A DNA stretch of 63,782 bases, filler included, from Klebsormidium nitens (GCA_000708835.1; 7 parts of 7 records of this genome joined end to end with filler, not necessarily neighbours in it), one strand, 5' to 3'. Counted from the first letter of the whole stretch, positions 22,023-35,000 are shown. Made by a program: numbers and translations. The notes: generated by a model not told the origin, from the sequence alone.

Positions 22023-22369
22023 AGCTGGCAGAGCGGGGACAAGGAGAATCGGTACCGGACGGAAGCTAAGGCTAGGGGCTGTTGGAACCCCCAGCAGTGA
22101 CGTCAGCCTTAGGTTGCTATGTCTTCTTGTCTGGTATCGGCCGTTCAAATGTCAGCTACACAGCATCCGACGGTTTAAGCTGCGTTTGAAACCCTAACTC
22201 GGGATACAGGCAATGTGCGGATCGCAGCCGTCGGATAACCACTCCCACAGGATCTGACGCTTCAGAACCAGAGAGGTCCAACTTTGGGTTGACATGACCG
22301 CAAATCCAACAGGCCCCAGCCTTAGCTTCCGTCCGGTACCGATTCTCCTTGTCCCCGCTCTGGCAAGCT
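22023..22369. repeat. Long inverted repeat (foldback): ~64-bp arms with a 45-bp perfect core
   Basis: 22029-22073 is the exact reverse complement of 22318-22362. About 220 nt lie between the arms. Confidence 0.92.
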
Positions 22370-23493
22370 GGAAAAAGTGTCGAGAGCCTCACGAAGATAC
22401 CGACCCCGTTGAATAAGCTTTTGATGAAAAGGAGTCCGGTTCTTCATGCCCGGTTCATGATTGCCGGTTCTGATGTTCCTGGATCAAAACGAAGAAACAG
22501 ATTTTACGTGAGCGCCGGCACCCGGATGGTCTCGGCCGGCACTAACCGGCAGGTCCTGGGGACCCGGTGACTTCGTCCGCAGCGGCAAGCAGGCCCTGGC
22601 AAGCAACTTGAAGGTCACTTGAAGCTCAGGACTCTCGGATCCTGCATGGGCACTACATAATGCCACTTGTGTAAGTGCTGTTCAGCGTGATCGAGGGTGA
22701 AGCAGCCAGTCTGAGTTGTCGCAACTGTTGTGCTCAGGGCGAAGAGTCGAGACTTGCACAGCGTACGCGGGCCGCTTTCATGGACATGGGCGCTGGGTCT
22801 AACGCCGCGGCCTGGTCTTGCCAGCATTGCTGTTCGAGAAAAAGTTCAAAGAGGTGCTTACTGATTTGAGCGTCAATATGGTGAGGGCATCTTAGTGGGC
22901 ACCAGATCTTCAGGAGGGCCAAACGAGACGGTCTGCGCTTCTGACTCGACGGAGGAGTTTTCAAGATTCTTGAGTTGCCTAGAGGAAAAGCTTGAGCCTT
23001 CTGTCAGCGCCGTCCAGTTGAACACAGAAGCGGAGCTCCGCTTCTGCAACAATCTGATCAGCCCTTTGTGTGAGCCTGGTTGTGCTTCTCGCACAGAGAT
23101 TGTAAATCCTTACGGACAGGAGCCTCTCTTTGCCCACTGCCGCTGCTTGCTGTCTCAACCTGTAATCCTCTGCTTTGACAAGCGCTGCATTCTTGTCTCT
23201 TCCTGGCCAGCCTCGCCTCTGCCAGCTCCGCCTGGAAGTGTGCCTACGCCCTTCCCAGTCTCTGGGCCTGCAATGCTGCAGGACCTATTCCGCGAAAATG
23301 ACTGTTTCGAAGGACTGAAATCATGAAGCTGGTTTGGTAGGAGGGGACGAAAACAAGCTCTTGACAGACCCACTCTATCGGCCCTGGGCATGCTTCTAAA
23401 TGTCAAGAAGACCCTGCGACTAGCTTGAATGAGACGAGGGGCTTGACTATCCTCAGAGGCAGGTCAAGCACCAAGTACTCCTCTTGTGCAGCC

Positions 23494-25664
23494 ATGGGCC
23501 CAGTTCCGCCAGCTGATGCGAGTGAGCCTGCTGAATTCTCCTTCTCTATGGTGAGTCGTTGATGTTTAACACGCGAAGTTGTTTGGCGCGCACAGAAGAC
23601 ATACTTGATATGCTGCACGGGGCAGTATCGGCGTAATGATACAGAAGTTCTGAGCTTGAACGAGTTGTCTTCAGACTGCAGTGTCATGGAGGCTACCTTG
23701 TCTTGCAGACCAATAGGATGAGCAGCTCGGATGCTTGTTTCCTTGAGCTTCTCTTTATGGATCTAGCAGGCGGATCAATGGAGATGTCCAGATTGTGGAG
23801 CTTGTTGCAGCTTGAGGTTCTCCCATGAATTGGTGAGATTGTGTGTATGCCTAGCAGCATATACAGTTGGCGCTTCAATTGTCGTGGGAGCAGCACTGTG
23901 TCGGTGGCCGTAACACTTCCTCTTGTACTCTTTGCAGGCCTACTCCTCCCCCCTGCCGCTCTCCCCATCTTCTCCCACTCCTCTTCCGTCAACCTCCTGG
24001 CAGATTTCTCCAAAGTCTGCGACGACACCGTCATCAGAGGCTACGCAGCCTCGTCCTGTTCCTGTGTTGCAAAGCCTGCAGCTTCGCTCCAGTCTAGGAG
24101 CGTCGGCCAGTGGGTCAGAACAGGGAGCAGCAAGACCCGCACAGGGCTCATCGCCTAGCAATGCTAGCGCAGGCCCAGAAAGCATTGACGCAGAGATCCC
24201 TAGGGGCGAAGATGCAGGGCCAGGCACCTCCGATACCCCTTCACAAGAACCAGGGCCCAACGATTCGAAGCTTCATCAACTGCGCACGTCCTCAAGTGAC
24301 CAAGGAGTGTTGAGCAACGCCACTTCCTTGGGGACGACTGGTACAGAGGGCACCATAAGTGGCCAGAAAGAGGTAAAGGCAGGCACGCCAGGGATGAGGA
24401 CACAATCGGGAGCAGCAGCGAAGGCAGCAATGAACCGCAAGAAAGTGCCCTTTGAGAAGGGCTACAGCCAGATGGACTGGCTGAGATTGACGCAGACGCA
24501 CCCGGATTTGGCAGGTGAAACATCTCCTCCACTTTGCCTTTAAGTTCAGGTATTTGGTCAGCGCTCTACCTGGTATGGATGGCGCCAACGATGGTGGTCT
24601 GGTGTTGCTGGTGCCTCGAATGGGCCCCACAAGGAGCTTTAATAACAACATTGACAGGGCTTCGACATGTAAAAATACAGGGACACCAAGCTTCTTATCA
24701 GGCATATGGTGACCAAGTTGGGGCCCCGCACTTGGGCTTTGCCCTCCCTTGTCGGCCTCCCCAACGCTGTAACCTTCATCTCGCAGGTTTGAAGGGGGGC
24801 CCAAGGCGACGTATCAGCATGGAAGAGGTCAAGCTGCACAAGGCAGAGGACGACTGCTGGACGGTGCTGAGAGGCAAGGTGTTCAACATCACGCCCTACT
24901 TTAACTTCCACCCAGGAGGTAAGCAGCTCCGTCCGACTGCTGGGAGCTCGGGGCTGTGTTTCTTTTAGCAAGTGGTTTCTTCCTTGGCTCATGAGCGAAG
25001 TCCTGACAAACTGCGAGGCGGGGGGTAATGTTCAGAACGGGGAGGTGGTCGTATGCCTATCAAGATTTGACTTGTCAAACCTTGTCGGCAATTTTGGGCA
25101 GATTTGGTATCGTTGTATTCTTGCAGCGGCAAGTTGTAGTTCGTGCACTGGTTCAATTTGTACCACCTGGCGCCTTCAAGCATCTATTGATCAAACGAGA
25201 TTAATTTCATGAGAGCTCTTTGACGGTGCTTTCCCCGAAACCAGTGCAGCTTAGTAAGAGTTTTGCTAATGATGATTGTGCTCACCGTATATGCAATCTT
25301 CGATCCGCGCAGGGCAAAAGATGTTGAAACTTGCAGCGGGGAAGGATTGCACACAGCTGTTTGGTAAGCGCTGCCCCTTTGCTTTCTACCCAGCAATCTG
25401 GGCTTGCTTTCGTTCACGTCTTGCTCCTTTGTAGCCTGCTTCGATGCTGACGAGATTTTTGTTAATGACAATTTTATTTTTCGGCGCTTTTTGAGAAGGT
25501 CCTACCAGTCGGGATTAGATAGTGAACGCATATCGCTTTCCCTCGTTTTCCCAAGCAACTTGACGCCTTTTTCTTTTTGGTGGCCAGATAAGTACCACAT
25601 GTGGGTCAACGCAGAGTTTTTGCTGGAAAAGTGCTGGTTAGGAGTTCTTGATCAAGGACACTGA
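23494..25664 (+). CDS. RLF: Cytochrome b5-like heme-binding domain protein, RLF-type
   Basis: Exon 23494-23550 (gccATGG...EFSFSM|GTGAGT); exon from 23938 ending [25 protein letters not shown]; then LKGG...[21 protein letters not shown]; [16 protein letters not shown]; [21 protein letters not shown]. Confidence 0.92.
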
Positions 25665-26454
25665 AAACTGTGGTACCAATGAATACTTAAGGTACACATT
25701 CAAGGCACAGTTCTTTGTTGCGACACTTGAGTTGTTGAGCACCCAAGCAAGCGTAAATACATGTTGCTCATTGTGAATGATGAAGCGTGTGGTTCCTGCC
25801 AAGCAAGCGTGAAATGCTAAATAGGCTCGTAGGCGCAGTGGCTACCATGCAGTCACTCTTCCAGCAAGTTCAGGGCCGTCTTTCAATATGGAAGATGTCA
25901 TGTAATCCTTGTGGAAGTGAATCATTTGCAATGTGAGACCGGTCACTCCTATTGTATCTCGGATCTGCAGATTTAGTTGAAACGCTTCGTTAGACGATCT
26001 TTACCAATTTCACCTAGGCATGCATATAGTTTCTGTCAAGCTGAATTAGTCACGATGCAAGTAGTTAAAACGGTCAAAAAGACATGTGCAATGTATACTG
26101 AATATAACCATAGCGTAGTAGAGATATCTCGGCAGTCCGCCCTCATATACTTTTGACGGTCAAGATTTATTTCCGCCCAACGCTTTAAGGTGTAATCTTG
26201 ACCCCTTGAACCCACGGTGCACATAGCCCTCGGCTAGACAGATTGATGCACTGCGATCCCAACGTAGGGAGTGGAACAAAAAAAACGACTTGCTTATGAG
26301 AAGATGGCAAGGGTTAACTCGAGCGAGCAGACAGTGTGCAATGCTAGCCTTCCTTCCTGCAACGGCTAGTAGGGCGCTCCGAATTCAAATCTGGCGCCAT
26401 GGCTGCCGCGAGTAGCGGGAGGTATCTCCCTCATTTGGGCACCATTTTTGGTGC

Positions 26455-28482
26455 TTGAAGGCTCTCCGCAAAGCTCTTCATGGCACCAACACAGCCTTGC
26501 AGGATGCTAGTACCGCTCCCTGCGCGATGTCACGATGCCTCAGGCTGCCGGAAACCAAGTGGATTGGCGAAGGTGTCCGCGATGCTCCAAGCATTGTAAA
26601 GGTGCTAAGGGGCTTGGGGCGCACAAAAGGTCGTGCGATAGGAAGGAGGCGTTGCGGGTCCAACAATTCCAAGGGCATGGAGTTAATGGAGCCCGCCATC
26701 GACGCCCGCCTCATGCCATTCCCACTCTTGCGGATTGGGAATGGGCCGCGACCGAGGTTGACCTTGAGGAGGAGCTTCTTCCCGGCTTTGGGACGCGCCA
26801 GTAAATCGGGCGTTCTCACGTGTACATTCACCACAATGGCGGAGCACCCCGACACCATCACCATCACATGGCAGCCACCCCCGGACGAGCTCTTTGACGC
26901 TCAGATAGACGTGGCAGCCACTCTCGCAACCAACTCTGCCCTGCTTCGGAATGCTCCCCTCGCTCGACATTTCACGCGACGTTGGCTGCAGTACGCCGGT
27001 ACGCGCATGAGGGCTGGCAACCGCATAGCCATCGGACACGTCGCCCGTTTCATTGAGGCGGAGCTCGACGATGTAGACGTGCTGGACGGCGAGGGAGTCG
27101 AGCGTGAGTGGCGAGCAGGATTCTGCAGGTCGACTTGGCCAACGCGTTCAACGAGGTTGATCGCGTAGCCATGTTTGACGAGCTCCGGTTGCACTTCCCG
27201 GAGCTCCTCCCGTTTTTCCGCTGCTTTTATGCGGAGCCGTCTCGGTTGCTACTTAGACGGGATAGCGGGGATTGGGAGTTGTTGCAGTCCAGCACGGGGT
27301 CACGGCAAAGGGACCCTTTAGCCGGGTTTCTGTTCGCCCTAGCCTATCACCGTCCCCTTTCCGCCACGTGCGCAGCCTTTCCGGATGTCCAGCTCCCTTC
27401 CTACGCCGACGATACTCACATCGTCGGCGCGCCGGCGCGAGCCGCGGAGGCTTTTGCGCATCTGCAGGGCGGCCTAGCCACGCTCAGCCTACGGGTGAAG
27501 CTGGCAAAGTGCGCGGCATTTTCGACCCGCCGAGCTTCCCCCCGCCCTTCCCATCCCCCCCGAGTTCCGGCGCCCCGCCCACGGCATCGTAGCTCTTGGC
27601 GTCCCCATCGGTTCGGTCGCCCACATCCACGAGGTTGTGGGGGCTAAGCTACAGTTCTTCAGTGAGCAGCTGACCACCCTTCCTATGCTCCGAGATCTGC
27701 AGATAGCTTATGCCCTCCTCGTCCGAGTGTTTGTACTGCGCCCCTCTTACTTGATGAGGACGGTAGCCCCCTCCCCGGAGTTTCTTGAGCAGCTTCGGGG
27801 TTATGACCGTCTACTGCTTGGGTGCTTTGAGAGCCTCTTGGGTCCAGACGCGTTTGCGGGGGAGGCAGGAGAGCTGGCGCGCCGGCAGGTGACGTTGCCC
27901 ACGTCCTTTGGCGGTTTGGGCGTCCGCAGTACCGCGGCGACCGCTCCCGCGGCGTTCCTTGGTGCGTGGGCGCTGGTTGGGAGCTTGATCGCGGGGCGTT
28001 TCGTCCGATCCGGTGAGCAGTTTCTTTCGGAGGCTGTCTCGGATGGGGTTGAGACTGGAGGCTTGCCGTTTCAGTTGGCGCTGCGCGCGGCTCCAGATAG
28101 TCTTCCAGGGGAGGCAGCGGGACAGGCGCTTGGCGCTTTAGCCAGATTCGGTCGGGAGGCGGAGAGAGGCGAGCAGGAGAGGCTGACTGCAGCCATCGAG
28201 CTGGGAGCGGTGCAGGGGCTCCGAGACCAGACGGGGGACCCCGCTCAGCGAGCGCGGCTGGTGAGCAAGACCGGGCCGGGGGCGGCAGCCTGGCTGTCGA
28301 CGGCCCCGCTGTTTCAGGCACTGACGATTGAGGATGAGTGCTTCCGGACGGCTTTGCGGAGTTGGCTTGGTTTGTGGCACCTGATGGTAGTGGGCATTGC
28401 GTTGTGCGAGTGCGGGCAATCCCTTCAGGGTCCTTTGGGGGGACAGCACCTGAGGAGGATGAGATCAGCACTTCGTATTTGA
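26455..28482 (+). mobile_element. Degenerate early-branching non-LTR retrotransposon (CRE/NeSL/R2-like), internally deleted and 3'-truncated
   Basis: N-terminal zinc finger CPRC-x12-HKRSC. RT motifs VDLANAFNEVDR, GSRQRDPL, YADD. Post-RT LPTSFGGLGVRS, GAAAWL...FRTALRSWLGL...CECG...H. Several frameshifts; endonuclease not seen. Confidence 0.82.
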
Positions 28483-30491
28483 TTGTGCGGCTTACAATGG
28501 TTGCGAGTTCTTCCCTTTAGATGGAAATAATGATTGTCTGAAGCAAATCTGAAACGGTTCAGAACAGGGAGCTATAGCCAGGTTTGTTCATGTAAGTATG
28601 CAGAGGAGAAAAGCAGCATTAGGTAGAGTACTAAGACCAAAGAACAGTCCACTAGGCCTATTGTGGCCCAGGCGAACGGACTCTAATCCATTCATTCATT
28701 CGTTCATTCAATAATGTCAATCGAGCAAAGTCCATATGGAAATTCTGAATCGAAGCGCTGCGTGGGGACGGGCTCCCGAGCCGCGACAGTTGGATGCTGC
28801 TGCAGAGGGGACACTTCGTCTCTGTCTACCCGACAGACAAGACAATTGTCCTCATTAAGCAGCGGGAGCAGCCAATTGGGTGGGAGGAGTATGAAGTGCA
28901 TGCCGCCGGTAAGCCGTCTGGTATGTCGAGCTCTTCCGTTTCTTTTAAGAATTGAACTTTGGCCGTTTGTTCAGGGAATCGTATCGACGGGTCCGACGTT
29001 CTCAGGCGCGCTCTTCTAACCAAGGCTGACTCAAATGTGCTCAACAACGCTTTGCGCGTGATATCTGGCGATGTTATCAAAGCCCAGGAAGAGCTGACGG
29101 CAGAGGGGCAGTAAGCCCGTCTTAGGCAGTTGCCGTTTCTGTTGTCAGGGTCTTTCTACGGTTGGAAGCGGGCCGCGGGAATGGGTGCGCAAATTTGAAA
29201 GTCCAACAACTGACATGGGGGCGAGCACCTGCAAGCTTCGGCTTAAAGTCCTGCAAGCACCTGCTTATTCTGCCGGTCCAGGCGTCTGGGGGCCCAGCGG
29301 AGAGGACGACGGAACCGGACTCACTCCGCAGAAAGCCCGCCAATGTAGCCCACCCACGGGCAGAGAGAAAGGGGTCGGACGCGCGGCCGGGATCTTTCGT
29401 GCGGCCGTGGTCCGACGAATCGACCCCAAGTTACGCGACACGGCGAGGAGGCGGGCAGCGGGAGCCGAATGAGCGACGGCTCTGAGGGGAGCGTGCACGC
29501 CGTGGGCGTCGACGTGGGCCGATGGGTAGAGGGGGCGGCCACACGCTCGCTGTCGGAACACGAGGCTCTGCTGGAGGACAGCCCGCGCGGCTTCGAGGGC
29601 GCCAGCGACAGCGGCAGCGGGCGCGCGAACAGCACGGGAAGCAGCCGCGCGGGCAGCAGCGAGGGGCGGCGCGGGCCGGTGTACCTCATGAAGATGCACA
29701 AAAGTTCTAGCTAGCAGCCATGAGGGCCAACCAGGTCGGAGGCGGGCCGCCCACCGGCTGGGAGCCGTGCCCGAGGAGGAACCGCCGCCAGCGGTCGTGC
29801 CGAGAAACATGCCTGGCGCCGAATAAGGAACATGACCATGACAAGCTTGGCAGCTCGACAGCCGCTGGGATGGCGGGGTTTTACTTCGCACACTAGCTTG
29901 CCTTTTGGGTAAATTTTGCTTAGGATTCCCACCGCTCTCCTTCTATTCGTTGGTTTTCTGAGTCTGCTTCTCAAGCCTCATTTCCATTGGATATGGAGGA
30001 ACGTGCACCCAAATTTCTAAGGGTTCATACACCCTCTTTCATCGTGTTGGCGGTGCAAAGCTGGAATTATTGCTCCCTTGAACCCGAACGCCCTTAGTGG
30101 CTCGCGGACTCTCCTTCACTCGTGACGCGCCAACTTTTGTGGGGTTTGGAATCCGAGTTAAGCATTCAACGCGTCAAGTATTCGTGACCGACAGAGCTGC
30201 TTATTGACGCAGGAAACGGCACGGGTGGATTGTCTCGGGGCCAAGCCTCCCAGGGTCCCGCCAACAGATTTCGCCCCCCGCCACAATCTTGGACTAACCG
30301 CCCTTACCTACCGGGCCTGCATGTTTCGCGCCCCGGGCACACATGGCAGCCGACGCCAGTGGCAGCGCCCGGTAGTGTGCCCACGCGAGAAGGGGGCGCG
30401 GATAGGAGCGGTGCTTGGTGCATGCCTGGGACAAAGATGAAGAGCTTGCGCACCTACGGCAGGCATTGAAGTCCTCGGAGCCAGAAGGCGC

Positions 30492-31212
30492 GTGATGAGG
30501 AGGAGATGGCCCGCGCAGCGACCCAGGCGACAAAAGACGCAGATGAGGCCCAAAAAAGTTGCGGGTCGCAGGTCTGGCGCGGCGAAGCGGAGGGCGCCCG
30601 ATGCGGAGGAGAGAGCTCGCGCAGCGACCCGAGCGGCAAAAAAGGCAAATGAGGCCGAAAAAGTTGCGGGTTGCGGGGCTGGCGCGGCGGAGCGGGAGGG
30701 AAGCAGAAGCCGGGAGAAGGCTATCGGGTTTGGAAGAGAAGACGCGGGTTCGTGAAAAGAGGCTCAACGAGGTTGAGGAGAGCCTCAAGGCGGCGAGACA
30801 AAGGGGGAAGGCATCGGAAAGACGGACCCGAGAAGGGGTCTCGAAGTGGAAGAAGGCGCTGCTCGAACTGGAAGAGCGTTAAAGAAGTGCTTTGCACGCT
30901 TCGAAGGTGGCAGAAGATGCCGGGCAGTAGGTGGAAGAAGCGGAGCGCGGGAGGCATGACGAATCGGCGAAGAGAATGGCGGCTGAGGAAGCAGTGGCGG
31001 CGGAAAGGCTGAAGTTGGCAATCATGACGAAGAGGCTGGAAGCGTTGCAGGTTGAGATGCGCTTGAGGCTGGCGGAGGTGGCAAAGGCGCAGTGCCCTGT
31101 GTTAGAATCCGGTGATTATGGTCAGCCGGATTACTCCGTGATTAGGGTTCGGACCGAGTTAGGGTTTGAACTAGTGAGCGCCGGCGTGCGTGCACAGCGG
31201 TTAGGCGGGTAA
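30492..31212 (+). pseudogene. Frameshifted Ala/Glu/Lys/Arg-rich coiled-coil ORF fragments with a ~106-bp tandem duplication
   Basis: 30494-30590 resembles 30600-30695. Overlapping charged ORFs in different frames. No family recognised. Confidence 0.35.
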
Positions 31213-32569
31213 CCTTGGAGGTTAGGCGGTTGAGAGGGCCGCCGATATGGAGCCGTAGATAAAGATATCNNNNNNNNNNNNNNNNNNNNNNNNNNNNNNN
31301 NNNNNNNNNNNNNTTAATTAATTAANNNNNNNNNNNNNNNNNNNNNNNNNNNNNNNNNNNNNNNNNNNNCGAACGGGAAAAGCACATGTCTGGTGAACGA
31401 TTCCAATGAGACCTGTCAAGGTTCATGAGTTTCACAAAGTCTGCAATCTGCTCACCCTTGCTGTGCTCTTCCCGTCTTTTTGTAGATCGCTGGGATTGTG
31501 GACACCAAGACCGAGAGGGCCTGGAAGGAATCCCATGATGCGTTCCGTGGCCAAGCGCTGGGGCAATTTGTGGGATGTACTCTGCTTTCAGGCCGCAGTG
31601 GGGTCGGGTTTCCGGTCCTGTTGACCAACCTGGTGGGGAACTCACATGTCTTCCACGGCGTCCAGGAGGAGGGCGGGGGTTTTGTGCAGGAAGTCGTATT
31701 CAGCAATCAGGCCGCGGCGTTCCAGTATTTTGGGAAGGTGTGCAGCCAGGCGGAGGTTGTTCGAAGAAAGAAAGGCAAGTCACTATCATAATCTCATCTC
31801 AAACGAAGTCCATTCCGAACTTCTCGTTTTGCTGCTGTGGTGCTCGGAAGGATCTTGTCCACCAAGACAGGTGCTGGCTTCTTCCCATTCGTCTTTAATG
31901 AGCACTGAAAAAGAAGTAGATTGTCTCTGCCGAGACTTTTTTGTTCTTCGGGGTCAATCCAACTTATGGTTCACGTCTTGATTTTGGGCATGGAATGCTG
32001 CAATCGTGTGACTGAAGCGTCGTTACGGGACTTGCGTCAAAGCGTTCACAACAGAAGGATAGTAATCTCAGATCTTCCCCCCTTCGGGTTTTGAAAAGTC
32101 CTGGAAGCTGGTCAGAGCTGGCCGCTTAGCTTTCGTCCCTCGTGTTGTGACTTTCAATCAGAGATTTTCTTCCTCTGGCTGCAGTGACAGAACTCCTTGC
32201 GGCGCTCGACAACCGACCTCCAAGACTCCCTGCCCCCCAACCATCGTCCCCCTTCCGGAACCCGCTTGATTCTCCGCAGAGCCACGGGCCTGTTGACAGC
32301 GACCTCAGAGAATGTGCGTACAGAGAGGTACGCCGGGAGCAGCCCCTGTTCAACCTGCCACCCTTCGAGATCATGATGGAGTACTTGTCTAACCTCGAGC
32401 AGGGTGTGGCGAGGGCAGCGGAAATCCGCTCGCGTCCGAGCTACATCATTTAGGGGCCCTTTGCTCTGGTTGCAAGGCTTGAGTCAAGTGTGTCTCGAAC
32501 CAGTACTCAAAAGAATAATTGGGTGCAAGTGGGCCATGCCAAACAGTTTCTTGAGCGTTCTTTTAAGAG

Positions 32570-33330
32570 ATGGAACGAATCTTGACAATGTGCACTGGTT
32601 TGAACGCTGCTGTGTATAGCACAGTGGTACAAATCGACGGCCTCATGTCGGACACTTTCTCGCGCGACGATGGATATTATGCATTGGCTTCGAAGCTCTT
32701 AGTGTATAGCTTGATGGTGCAAATGCATGGCCGGCCATGCCGCCCCTTTCCTGAGCGATGTTGCAGTCCATGGTACGAAGCCGTCAATTTGCACTATTCT
32801 TGGAGCTTTATTGTATAGCACGATGGTGCAGATTGACAGTCAACCACGCCTCCGCTTTCTCAAGCGTTGTTGGGTATATAGTACGGAGCCATGGATTTGC
32901 ATTTGGGCTGCCAAGCTCAATGTATAGCTTGACGGTGCAACATGACAGCCGACCACGCCGCCGCTTTCTCGAGCAAAATTGCAGTCCATGGTATGGAGCC
33001 TTGATTTGCAACTTCATGCTCTACAAAGAAGCTTTCAAGAACAACGCAAACTGACGGGCCCATGTTGAATACTTTGTCGAGCAACATTGTAAGGGATGGA
33101 ACGAGTTCGTTAATCTGCATCATTTTAAAAGGTGTTTTTGCAGAGCACGGTGGTGCAAATTGTCAACCCTCATGCCAAACACTTTGTAAACGATGCAGGC
33201 CAAAGGCGTCAATATGCATTGTTTTAAAAGCTTCCTTGTATAGCGAAAAGGTGCGGTTTGTCAGCCCCTACGCCAATCGGACCACATTTTGAGCAGTCTT
33301 AGACCTCCTCGAGCAATATTGTAAAGGATG
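32570..33330. repeat. Highly degenerate ~90-110-bp tandem repeat
   Basis: Recurring TATAGC-x4-5-GGTGCA anchors near 32615, 32704, 32814 and 32924, with weaker copies near 33142 and 33240. Confidence 0.6.
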
Positions 33331-33369
33331 GCACAACGCCGGCAATTTGCAGTGGTTTTGATCGAGCTT

Positions 33370-34830
33370 TTTGTGTCCAAGTGTCCGAAATTTCGATGAA
33401 CATTTTTAGGTCGACCCCTTCTGATGACGTTAGCAGCACTTCCACCAATGATCCATTGTGGTTTATGGCGCGAACGTGTCCAAGTGTCCGAGTTTTTGAT
33501 GAACATTTTTAGGTCGACCCCTTTTGATGACGTCAGCAGCACTTCCACCAATAATCCACTGTGGTTTATGGCGCAAACGTGTCCGAGTGTCCGAGTTCAT
33601 TACGCACGTTTTTAGGTCGACCCCTTTGATGACGTCAGCAGCCATTCCCTGCACATTTCGCTAGTGATTGATGGCGCGAAGGTGTCCAAGTGTCTAAGTT
33701 TTTCAGGAACGTTTTCAGGTCGCCCCCTTTGATGACGTCAGCAGCCATTCTCTGCACTTTTCGCTAGTGGTTGATGGCGCGGAGGTGTCTGAGTGTCCGA
33801 GTTTTTTTGGAGCGTTTTCAAGTCGACCCCTTGGATGACGTCAGCAGCCATTCCCTGCACATTTCGTTTGTGATTGATGGCGCGAACGTGTCCAAGTGTC
33901 CGAAATTTTCATGATCCTTTTGAGGTCGACCCCCTTTGATGACGTCAGCAACAATTCTCCGCACTTTCGCTTGTGATTGATGGCGCGAACGTGTCCAAGT
34001 GTCCGAGTTTTTGATGAACGTTGTGAGGTCGACCCCCTTGGATGACGTCAACAGCCATTTACCCGCACTTTCGCTTGGGATTGATGGCGCGAACGTGTCC
34101 AAGTGTCCGATTTTTGAGGAACATTTTCAGGTCGACCCCCTTTGATGACGTCAGCAGCCATTCCCGCACTTTTTGCTTGTGATTGATTGCGCGAAGGTGT
34201 CTGAGTGTCTAAGATTTTGACGCACGTTCTTAGATCGATCCCCTTTGATGACACGTGTCAGCAGCCATTCTCCGCACTTTCGCATGTGATTGATGGCGCG
34301 AAGGGGTCCAAGTGTCCGAGTCTTTGATGAACGTTTTTTGGTCGACCCTTCCGATGACGTCAGTAGAGTGTCCATCAATAAATCACTGTGATTGATGGCG
34401 CGAACGTGTCCAAGCGTCCGAGTTTTTGATGAACGTTTTTAGGTCGACCCCTCTGATGACGTCAGCAAAACTTCCACACTGTGATTGGTGGCGCGAAGGT
34501 GTCCAAGCGTCCCACTTTTTAACACACCTTCTGTGTATCCTTATATGTTGTAGGTACTAGGCTCAGCCTAGGACATATAGATTTTGATCGAACCTCTTTG
34601 ATAACCGTGTCAGCAGCCATTCCCCGCACTTCCGTCTGTGATTGATGGCGCGAACGTGTCCAAGTGTCCAAGTTTTTGATGAACGTTTTTGGGTCGACCC
34701 TTCTGATGACGTCAGCAGAACTTCCACCAATATTCCACTGTGATTGATGGTGCGAACGTGCCCGAGTGTTCCAGTTTCCTGCTCACCTTTCCTTTCGTCG
34801 CTTCGGGATGACGTCACCAACCATCCCCGG
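33370..34830. repeat. Tandem array of ~14 units of ~103 bp
   Basis: Unit approximately GATGGCGCGAACGTGTCCAAGTGTCCGAGTTTTTGATGAACGTTTTTAGGTCGACCCCTTTGATGACGTCAGCAGCCATT... The GATGACGTCA anchor recurs every 101-104 nt from ~33423 to ~34808, with one interruption at ~34515-34580. Confidence 0.95.
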
Positions 34831-35000
34831 CCGTTTTATCTTCTGCAACAAATGATCACGCCTTTTTTGCTCCGATTGATGGGAACAAGGTTAATCATCA
34901 TAAATCCTCTAAAACAAGTCTCCATTTCAAGTTCACATAGCTACTCAACTCTTGAATCCGTGAAAAGACTCACGTGCTTTTCGTCCCGTTTCCCGTGCAG

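Noticed and set aside
21950-23406. ORFs 22895..23326 and neighbours as a separate gene
   Set aside because: No motifs and no host-like codon bias; more likely RLF upstream/UTR or repeat debris.
33370-34830. Possible CRISPR array
   Set aside because: Whole units are homologous with no unique spacers, there are no cas genes, and the context is eukaryotic.
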